Source of the DNA: an uncultured Alphaproteobacteria bacterium
GTDB lineage: Bacteria > Pseudomonadota > Alphaproteobacteria > Rhodobacterales > Rhodobacteraceae
Length of the DNA: 64,000 nt
Reading direction: 5' to 3'
Assembly: GCA_902562285.1 (NCBI GenBank)
Contig: CACESU010000002.1
Span: forward strand, 74,283-138,282
A program made the position numbers and the translations under genes. Positions 30,702-37,422 of this stretch are shown piece by piece. Each line of letters begins with the position of its first letter. Position 1 is the first letter of the stretch. The notes under the pieces were generated by a model. That model was not told the origin of the DNA. It worked only from the letters and a program-made list of their open reading frames with translations, and ran no database searches.

Positions 30702-30863
30702 GTAAAATATTACAGATTACTAAAACAATTCAAAAAGTTTGAAAATTTTTTAAATTGTTTACTAGGAAATATGTCAGTAAATATAATAGAAAGAGCCTAT
30801 TCGAAATTCTCTCCTAATTTTATGAAAGATACTGCTAATTTTATGGAGGATTTTATTTCTTGA
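30702..30863 (+). pseudogene. Tyrosine recombinase (integrase) C-terminal stub A
   Basis: A 53-codon open stretch ends ...LLGNMSVNIIERAYSKFSPNFMKDTANFMEDFIS*. It is a degenerate version of the LLGHxSxxTTERVYAxxxP catalytic-Tyr box. No upstream integrase body is present. Confidence 0.6.
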
Positions 30864-30939
30864 GACAAGTGCAAATAGTATTATCTGTCACTCTACACGA
30901 CTTTGTTCATCAAATTCATTGATTTTAAAAGATAAACGA

Positions 30940-30955
30940 TGGTACGCCTAGGGGA
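30940..30955 (-). repeat. att-like copy A of the tRNA-Glu 3' end
   Basis: TGGTACGCC-TAGGGGA matches 37300-37316 with one missing C. It lies 76 nt after the stop of stub A. Confidence 0.7.
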
Positions 30956-31215
30956 GATTTATGTAATTTTTTCAATTACTTAGATGATATGACACTGTCT
31001 TTTGTTTCAAAGTGTTTCAATTATTGTAAAAATTGAAATTATTGACTTATTAGAAAATAAAAGATAGCATTAATTTTTTTAAAAAAGCTAGTTAATGCAA
31101 GCGATTGAGGGGAATTTAAGCTGGTTTCTTCTTCCACCAGTAGTTTGTTGTTTACTTTAATTAATTTCCCCTCTTATATATTAAATTTTTTATAATGTGA
31201 TTAAGGGGATTAAAA

Positions 31216-31353
31216 ATGTTTGATTGGTTTATTTGGCATTCATTAGTTGTAATTGCTCTATCTTCAGCAAGTTTTGGATTAGGTTTTTATACTTGTTTAT
31301 TTTTAAAAGGCAGGGAAAGAACTAAGTACAGGAAAATATTTTCAAAAAAATAA
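31216..31353 (+). CDS. Possible 45-aa single-TM peptide
   Basis: The ATG is preceded by AAGGGGA. The product MFDWFIWHSLVVIALSSASFGLGFYTCLFLKGRERTKYRKIFSKK has one hydrophobic helix and a basic tail. It ends 18 nt before the next gene. It is too short to appear in the ORF track. Confidence 0.4.
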   Translation: MFDWFIWHSLVVIALSSASFGLGFYTCLFLKGRERTKYRKIFSKK

Positions 31354-31371
31354 AGTTTAATCTTTTTTCTA

Positions 31372-31665
31372 ATGAATAAAAAAAAACCAGAGTGGATTAA
31401 TAACGAACAAGTTATTATTCAACATATGAATAGTGATCACTCTAATTCTATTGTCTCAACTTTAAATGCTCAACATGGAATAAAAGATCCTGAAGCAAAA
31501 ATGAATAGTCTAGATGTGCATGGATATTACGTTTTATCTTGTAATAAGACGTATTTTATAAAATTTGAAAAAAGTTGTAACACCACATCTGAGTATAAAG
31601 ATGAATTAATAAAACAGGCAAAAAAGTATAGAAATTTCGAACTTGAAAAAAATAAGAGTGACTAA
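31372..31665 (+). CDS. DUF2470-domain protein (heme-utilisation HugZ C-terminal-like domain)
   Basis: VIIQHMNSDHSNSIV...MNSLDVHGYYV matches the HMNxDH signature of DUF2470. Confidence 0.65.
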   Translation: MNKKKPEWINNEQVIIQHMNSDHSNSIVSTLNAQHGIKDPEAKMNSLDVHGYYVLSCNKTYFIKFEKSCNTTSEYKDELIKQAKKYRNFELEKNKSD

Positions 31666-32265
31666 TTGTATAAAATTTATTTATTAGTTTTTATTTTCTT
31701 TTTATTTTATAGCTCAATGTTATTTGCTGAGTGTAATAAACTTTATGATTATGGTTTCTGGAATCCTGATGTTCAGATTTCCAAAATTGAAAATGAACTG
31801 GAAAATTTTGACTTAAATGTTTTATGTGGAGAAGATGGTAAACTTATTCCATTAATTCCTGCATCTTTGTTAAGTACTAAAGCTAATGTTGAATTTTTAA
31901 TATCTAAAGGAGCTGATGTAACATTAGCACCAGCAGAAGGTAGATCTTCAGAAAACGGAGGTACTGCATTGCATGCAGCAGTTATGAACCCTTTCCCGGA
32001 ACACCAGTCCGATATTGTTTATACCCTTATAATGAATGGGGCAGATGTTAATGCAAAAAGAGATGACGGTAGAACACCATTTCATATGGTAAGTGGTATA
32101 ACTCCTGAGACTGTGGCACATTTATTAGCAGCTGGTGCAGACATATTTGCTAAGGATAAAGATGGGAAAATCCCTTTAGATTATCTATGTGAATATGGTA
32201 AGTGTGAAAACAGACACTTTTCTGAAGGATCTGCTACCGCTGAATTATTTAAACCAAAGAAATGA
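31666..32265 (+). CDS. Secreted ankyrin-repeat protein
   Basis: Has a signal peptide (LLVFIFFLFYSSMLFA) and ankyrin repeats (GGTALHAAV...LIMNGADVNAKRDDGRTPFHMV...LLAAGADIFAKDKDGKIPLDYL). The TTG start abuts the upstream stop. Confidence 0.75.
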   Translation: MYKIYLLVFIFFLFYSSMLFAECNKLYDYGFWNPDVQISKIENELENFDLNVLCGEDGKLIPLIPASLLSTKANVEFLISKGADVTLAPAEGRSSENGGTALHAAVMNPFPEHQSDIVYTLIMNGADVNAKRDDGRTPFHMVSGITPETVAHLLAAGADIFAKDKDGKIPLDYLCEYGKCENRHFSEGSATAELFKPKK

Positions 32266-32274
32266 TTGTATTTA

Positions 32275-32787
32275 CTAATCAAAATTAAAAGCAATACCAC
32301 ACTTATCTAAATTTTTAGTTATAAGTGAATAAACATTTCCGTCTATCGTATAGATTTCACCACTGAAATCACAGCCTTCTGGATTTTTAAAATTAGCTAC
32401 AGTTTTTCCACTGAAACCAGTATAGAGTGCTTTCCTTCCTATAGGACTATAGTCATGCTGTGAAAAAATACTGGTTATATAAATAAATGAAGCACCGTCC
32501 GCAGTATTAACTCCACCAACTTGGGCAAAACTATTCTTTATATTTTCAATGCTATTTTCATTTCTATTATCCCAGTCATCCCAGTCATATGTTAAATCTA
32601 CCAAATCTGATGCTATTCTCATTTCCATTTTGTCTGGAGATGAGATAATTTTTAGAAATTCAACAGCACGACTTTCTTGGTATGCCAAATCTTTTGATTT
32701 AAGGAATTGAAACCCTCCAAAAATTATTGCTACTAATATTATTAAGACTACAATTATGGTTAAGAGACGTTTCATTTTATACCTCAT
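32275..32787 (-). CDS. Membrane-anchored hypothetical protein
   Basis: 170 aa with an N-terminal TM anchor (LLTIIVVLIILVAIIFGGF). The remainder was not recognised. Confidence 0.5.
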   Translation of the reverse strand: MRYKMKRLLTIIVVLIILVAIIFGGFQFLKSKDLAYQESRAVEFLKIISSPDKMEMRIASDLVDLTYDWDDWDNRNENSIENIKNSFAQVGGVNTADGASFIYITSIFSQHDYSPIGRKALYTGFSGKTVANFKNPEGCDFSGEIYTIDGNVYSLITKNLDKCGIAFNFD

Positions 32788-32882
32788 TCATTTAGAGCTA
32801 AAACATTTTACTATTAATTAGTATTAATTTTACAAAATTTATTATTTGTAGATTTATATATTATTTACAAGTAATTCAATTG

Positions 32883-32972
32883 GTAAAATCTGATAGGGTG
32901 AGAATGAAAGAAATTTCTGTTTACTTAGGACACAAGTAAGTTAATGTGACAGGAAGAGTTTATGCAAAATAA
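32883..32972 (+). pseudogene. Tyrosine recombinase C-terminal stub A' with an internal stop and no att copy
   Basis: Translates as ...KSDRVRMKEISVYLGHK*VNVTGRVYAK*, the LGHxSxxxTxxVYA box interrupted by TAA at 32937-32939. Confidence 0.55.
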
Positions 32973-32991
32973 TTTCCATATTTATAATTAA

Positions 32992-33828
32992 ATGATCGAA
33001 GTAAAAAAAATAACACCTACAATTGGAGCAATCATTGAAGGTGTTAATTTTTCAGAACCTATAGAGAAAAATGTTTTTGATCAAATTTATGAGATTTTAA
33101 TTGAAAATCTAGTTATCTTTTTTAGGAACACCAGTATCTCTCCGATGGTGCATTTGCAGTTTTCAGAGAATTTTGGTGAATTAGATGAACCTCATCCAGT
33201 TTATCCCAGTGTTGAAGGTTTTAGTAGAATAGTTAAACTTGAAAATGATAAAAATTCTCCACCTGACACCGATGCTTGGCACACAGATCTAACTTTTAAA
33301 CATGAACAGCCATTTGCTTCAGTTCTGGTTGCCCGTTCTGTACCAGAAATAGGTGGTGACACACTTTGGTCTAGTTGTTATGCAGCTTATGAAAGACTTT
33401 CTTCTGGAATGAAAAAAGATTTTGAGAAGATTAAATGCATCCACGACATGGGAGACTTTAGAAACACGTTTGCACAATCTTTGGATGGTAAATCTGGTGT
33501 TGAGCGTTTAAATGAAGGAATGTCTAAATTTGGTCAAAACATACGTAGTCTAATTGAGAAACATCCAGCTAGTGGAAAAAAATATCTTAATTTTAACGAG
33601 ACATTTGTTTCACATATAATTGGAAAAACTATTAATGAAAGTAATGCAATAAAAACATTTTTAACAAATCATATGAATAAACCTGAGGATCAAATTCGCT
33701 GGAATTGGAAACCAGGTGATATGGCTATGTGGGATAATAGAGTTACTATGCATTACGCCATTGCTGATTATCTTCCTAATTATAGGTGCATGAATAGAAT
33801 AACAATTATTAAAGATAGAAGGTGCTAG
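32992..33828 (+). CDS. tauD: TauD/TfdA-family Fe(II)/2-oxoglutarate dioxygenase (taurine dioxygenase-like)
   Basis: WHTDLTFKHEQPFASVLVARSVPEIGGDTLWSSCYAAYERLS is collinear with E. coli TauD (WHTDVTF...GGDTLW...AAYEALS). Confidence 0.8.
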   Translation: MIEVKKITPTIGAIIEGVNFSEPIEKNVFDQIYEILIENLVIFFRNTSISPMVHLQFSENFGELDEPHPVYPSVEGFSRIVKLENDKNSPPDTDAWHTDLTFKHEQPFASVLVARSVPEIGGDTLWSSCYAAYERLSSGMKKDFEKIKCIHDMGDFRNTFAQSLDGKSGVERLNEGMSKFGQNIRSLIEKHPASGKKYLNFNETFVSHIIGKTINESNAIKTFLTNHMNKPEDQIRWNWKPGDMAMWDNRVTMHYAIADYLPNYRCMNRITIIKDRRC

Positions 33829-33860
33829 ATAGTTAAAGTTTATTGACTGTAATATGTTGA

Positions 33861-33929
33861 GCATATGCGAAATATTCTCCCAACTTTATGAAAGAATCTG
33901 CTAATGTGATGGGGGATTTTATTTCTTGA
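33861..33929 (+). pseudogene. Tyrosine recombinase C-terminal stub B
   Basis: 22 codons, AYAKYSPNFMKESANVMGDFIS*, preceded immediately by an in-frame TGA. It is collinear with stubs A and C. Confidence 0.55.
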
Positions 33930-34004
33930 AACAGGTGCAAATAGCATTATTTGTGAAATGAGGCGACTTTATTCACCTAAGTTATTGATTTTAAACAATA
34001 AAAT

Positions 34005-34021
34005 TGGTACGCCCTAGGGGA
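34005..34021 (-). repeat. att-like copy B of the tRNA-Glu 3' end
   Basis: TGGTACGCCCTAGGGGA is identical (17/17) to 37300-37316. It lies 75 nt after the stop of stub B. Confidence 0.75.
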
Positions 34022-34145
34022 TGGATTATTCAATGATTTCAATAACTTACAAGCGATTAGTAGTCGTTTTGTCGGTCACAGTCGGTCAAAAGGGCTATTT
34101 AATCATAGATAGGTCTTCTTTTCGAACCTCTACATTTTTTCTTCC

Positions 34146-36992
34146 CTAATTTAATTGATAGGCAGGATCTTCAAATAGAGCCTTTATTTTAGAAGACTCA
34201 CTTAGATTTGCTACAGGGTTAATTGATAGAAGGAGATCAGATAATTCATTTTCGATATTAATTTCCAGTTTTTCAACTTTGTTCAAAAAATCATCCATGT
34301 TCTTTGTAGCAATATTTTGATCAAGAGTGATTGAAACGGGAGTAGTCATTTTCGTTGTCATCATGCTGTTCATCGTGTCACCTTTGGGGTAGGTTTTTTC
34401 AGTGATTGTAAGTTTAAAATCAGGGACATATTTTTTATATGTAGAATTGAGAGTCATACGCCTCATATCACTCAATTCTTTTTTCCAATAATTTTCCATC
34501 AAACGAGGGATATATTTTTCTTGAATATGAGACCCTGATACATATATCGCGTGATCAATGAGTTCGGGTAATGCCAGCCATAAAGCGGCTACAAATATTC
34601 TGTCTCGCTCACTTAAAGAATAAAATCCATTCCCGTTATCTCGCGTTGGCGGTGAATACATATGTTTATTAAGTTGTTCATATTCATTGTCTCCATAGCA
34701 ACCATTATCGCAAAGGTTTTTTCTAAATTTAAGCTGAAATCGTTTGTGTGGTGGTTCATTCAGCAGTACTAAAAACTCTAAGGCCATTCCAGCTTTTCTT
34801 AAATTATTGAATAATATATCATGTAAACCTAAAGATATATTAATATAGTTTTCGTCTTTTCTTTTCTTATTTATCCATCGTATTCTTACAGTATCGATTA
34901 AAAGCTCATTTAAATTGAATTTAGTATCATCTTCATTGGCTTTTTTGATAGAATTTGGATCATCTTCTGTAAGAAAAGTACTTGTCACGCTGGAACAATT
35001 TTTACCCAAACTTTCTAACTTCTTATGTGCTCCAGCACTTGCCCAAAACTTAAGTATTTTTTCGTTACCTAAACTATTTTTTTTGGCTGTTTTTGAGGCT
35101 GGGTAAGCTTTACCAGACTTAAACCAATCTTTTATTTTGTGGCTTGATAAAAACTTACACGCCAAATCTACTCGCATAATGTCTTTGCGATTCATAGACT
35201 GAAGCATATCCATCAATTTAGTTTGTTCAGGTGAATGTATGCATTGGCCATAATTATTTTTCTTGTGTTTATGAAACCATCCAGCTAAATCTTCATAGAA
35301 ATATGATACTGTGTGAGGGCGGACAATACAAAAAAAAACGTCTCCAGTTTTATTGAACCCTAAGTCAAAATGTAAAAATTTTGAATAATGGTCTGCCAGA
35401 TCTGGAGACTCCAAAAGGATTGTCATTCCGCCACTGTCACTATCAGGGAGAAAATTATTGTCCCAAGCATTGGCACTGTAATAATCAACATTTTCGACTT
35501 CCATCAAATTTTTGGTATTCATTTGTTTAACAATCTCTTCTTCTAAAAAAGAATTTTCTTCAAAAGACTCTAAAAACGATTTAATCTCTTCTCCTCGACG
35601 TAATAGTCTCGTCGAACTTATCCAATCTGCTCCTCCCGACCAACCAGCAACATTTGGATGTTCGAATAAACCTTGCCCAAGTAGGGCTACTTTGTTTGAT
35701 AAAAGAGGAGTCAACTTAGTAATGTGACCTGTTGAACGGATCATTCCAACTAAGAGATCAATTGGAGATTTAATAATTGTACCACGATTTTCTTCATCCC
35801 AAAACGATTCTGATGCCAAAAGCTCTGAGATTAAGAATACCAAATCAAAATCACTATCTCTAAATTTAGAAGCAATTGCGTCTAATTCCGTATTTGGAGG
35901 GTTTAACTCTGAGATGTAAAGTTTCCAAAATTTGGAAGTAATATATGTAGACGCCGTCGGTTGCTCATAAATTAAATCAACTAAATCATTTGGATCAAAT
36001 TTTCCGGACGCTCCAAAAAGTACTTTCTGACCAAAATCATGGTTTTCTTTGAAAAAATAGGGAGAAAAATTAATTCTATTAAATGAATACCCGGTTAAAG
36101 TTCTTGCCGCCTCTCTAAGTGTTTCTTCTGAGTAGTTACCTTCGCCAAGTGTGAATAGTTCGAACAGCTCTCTAGCTAGGTTTTCATTTGGATTATCCTT
36201 ATGATTTTCATCATTATCTAGATATTTTAACAAGGCAGCGTCCGTTAACATAAGCTTTGTTAGCAACTTAAAATTAGTAAAACCATATTTTCTAAACGTT
36301 TTATTTTGAAGAAATAAAATATAGTTGTTCCAGTCAGTTCCCTCATAACTTGATACAAAATGGTTGTGCCAAAATAAAGTCAGCTTTTCTGATTGAGGGA
36401 TGGATGTTGTCAGCATTTGTTTTAACCACCAAGCTTGAAGCTGTTCTTTATTACTGTTCATGTAATAGTCGTAGTTATCTATTGAGTCACTCATGAATTT
36501 AGGTGCAATTTTTTTATTCATAAAGTCCGGTACTGATAATTCATCTTGGGCAACCATACCTTCCAGTATTTCTATTATACCTTCAGCCCGAGTTTTATTC
36601 AGAAGTTGTTTCACTTCAACTGGATGTGCTCCAAAACCAGTTCTCCTCAACAAATGGGCGGCATCTCGAATGTTTAGTGGTTGTTTCAGATGGTCACGTT
36701 TAACGAGGTTATTTTTGATGTTTTCAAGTCTAGCTTCAATAACTTCTTCTATCGAAAAAGAACTAGTATCTTTTGAAATTGAAAGATTATTGTCTTTGAG
36801 AAATGTTTCATAGCTCTGTTGGGTTTTTCTTCCCCATAGACCATCGGTTGGACCTGGTTTATAATTTAAAAGGGACAAATTTCTTTGTAAAATTTCTACT
36901 AATGGGTCGTAATTCGAAGCGTAGCTAATAGATACAAGCAGACAAAACAAAAATGACATCAAAAAAGTATAGATTGTTTTATTAAAAGTCAT
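34146..36992 (-). CDS. Secreted fusion protein: peptidoglycan-binding domain + DUF1800 + about 450-aa unrecognised C-terminal region
   Basis: Has a signal peptide (FLMSFLFCLLVSISYA) and a PG_binding_1-like segment (LQRNLSLLNYKPGPTDGLWGRKTQQSYETFLKDNNL). DUF1800 hallmarks are present: HLLRRTGFG, LFWHNHF, NENLARELFELFTLG, HDFGQKVLFG, PNVAGWSGGADWI. I recognise no motif after about residue 480. Confidence 0.8.
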   Translation of the reverse strand: MTFNKTIYTFLMSFLFCLLVSISYASNYDPLVEILQRNLSLLNYKPGPTDGLWGRKTQQSYETFLKDNNLSISKDTSSFSIEEVIEARLENIKNNLVKRDHLKQPLNIRDAAHLLRRTGFGAHPVEVKQLLNKTRAEGIIEILEGMVAQDELSVPDFMNKKIAPKFMSDSIDNYDYYMNSNKEQLQAWWLKQMLTTSIPQSEKLTLFWHNHFVSSYEGTDWNNYILFLQNKTFRKYGFTNFKLLTKLMLTDAALLKYLDNDENHKDNPNENLARELFELFTLGEGNYSEETLREAARTLTGYSFNRINFSPYFFKENHDFGQKVLFGASGKFDPNDLVDLIYEQPTASTYITSKFWKLYISELNPPNTELDAIASKFRDSDFDLVFLISELLASESFWDEENRGTIIKSPIDLLVGMIRSTGHITKLTPLLSNKVALLGQGLFEHPNVAGWSGGADWISSTRLLRRGEEIKSFLESFEENSFLEEEIVKQMNTKNLMEVENVDYYSANAWDNNFLPDSDSGGMTILLESPDLADHYSKFLHFDLGFNKTGDVFFCIVRPHTVSYFYEDLAGWFHKHKKNNYGQCIHSPEQTKLMDMLQSMNRKDIMRVDLACKFLSSHKIKDWFKSGKAYPASKTAKKNSLGNEKILKFWASAGAHKKLESLGKNCSSVTSTFLTEDDPNSIKKANEDDTKFNLNELLIDTVRIRWINKKRKDENYINISLGLHDILFNNLRKAGMALEFLVLLNEPPHKRFQLKFRKNLCDNGCYGDNEYEQLNKHMYSPPTRDNGNGFYSLSERDRIFVAALWLALPELIDHAIYVSGSHIQEKYIPRLMENYWKKELSDMRRMTLNSTYKKYVPDFKLTITEKTYPKGDTMNSMMTTKMTTPVSITLDQNIATKNMDDFLNKVEKLEINIENELSDLLLSINPVANLSESSKIKALFEDPAYQLN

Positions 36993-37128
36993 ATTTCGAT
37001 CAGATCAATTGGACAATAGAATCTATTAGCTACAAAATTATTTTATCAGATCAATTCTGAATTATAATAATGATTTTGTAAAATATCAGATTTTATCTCT
37101 TTGAAAAAAGATATCTCAAAATAACTAA

Positions 37129-37227
37129 GTAATTTTTTGGGTATTCACAGAAACAGTTTATGCGAAATTTAAACCAACCTTTATGAAAGAATCTTCATCT
37201 GTTATGGCTGATGCTATCAATTTCTGA
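37129..37227 (+). pseudogene. Tyrosine recombinase C-terminal stub C
   Basis: 32 codons, VIFWVFTETVYAKFKPTFMKESSSVMADAINF*, preceded by an in-frame TAA. The stop lies 72 nt before the tRNA 3' end. Confidence 0.55.
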
Positions 37228-37299
37228 GATCGGAATGTGATTATGTTTCTAAAACGACTATTTTTCTCTTGTAAGTTATTGATTTTAAAGGATAAACGA

Positions 37300-37374
37300 T
37301 GGTACGCCCTAGGGGAATCGAACCCCTCTTTCCAGAATGAAAATCTGGCGTCCTAACCGATAGACGAAGGGCGC
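37300..37374 (-). tRNA. tRNA-Glu (anticodon UUC), CCA encoded
   Basis: The reverse complement GCGCCCTTCGTCTATCGGTTAGGACGCCAGATTTTCATTCTGGAAAGAGGGGTTCGATTCCCCTAGGGCGTACCA folds as a cloverleaf. It has a 7-bp acceptor (G1-U72 wobble), D arm GTCT/GGAC, anticodon stem CCAGA/TCTGG with loop TTTTCAT, T arm AGGGG-TTCGATT-CCCCT and a 4-nt variable loop. Confidence 0.9.
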
Positions 37375-37422
37375 ACATGAATACTTAATAATTCGGTATT
37401 TAAATAGGTGCAAGATTTTTTT

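Larger units (their letters stand above)
30956..34004. mobile_element. Decayed integrated island B (possibly two fused remnants), bounded by att copies A and B
   Basis: Direct repeats of the tRNA-Glu 3' end lie at both ends, and integrase stubs sit at 32883-32972 and 33861-33929. The cargo genes are unrelated to the flanking core functions. No intact integrase is present. Confidence 0.5.
34022..37299. mobile_element. Decayed integrated island C abutting tRNA-Glu, with a single-gene cargo
   Basis: It is bounded by att copy B and the tRNA-Glu 3' end. Integrase stub C lies next to the tRNA. It contains only the 948-aa DUF1800 fusion gene. Confidence 0.5.

Noticed and set aside
31107-31173. The GC-clamped hairpin as another degraded tRNA or att copy
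   Set aside because: It has no similarity to the tRNA-Glu sequence or the 17-nt core, and it does not fold as a cloverleaf.
30608-37299. An active prophage, ICE or defence island in the accessory region
   Set aside because: I recognise no intact integrase, excisionase, transposase, capsid/terminase, conjugation, restriction-modification, toxin-antitoxin, Cas or other defence-type domain. Only integrase stubs and metabolic or envelope cargo are present.
30702-37316. Reading the three repeated modules as a recent segmental duplication or as a CRISPR-like or tandem repeat array
   Set aside because: The copies are several kb apart and the intervening genes are unrelated. They have diverged substantially outside the 17-nt tRNA-derived core. 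There is no regular repeat-spacer periodicity.
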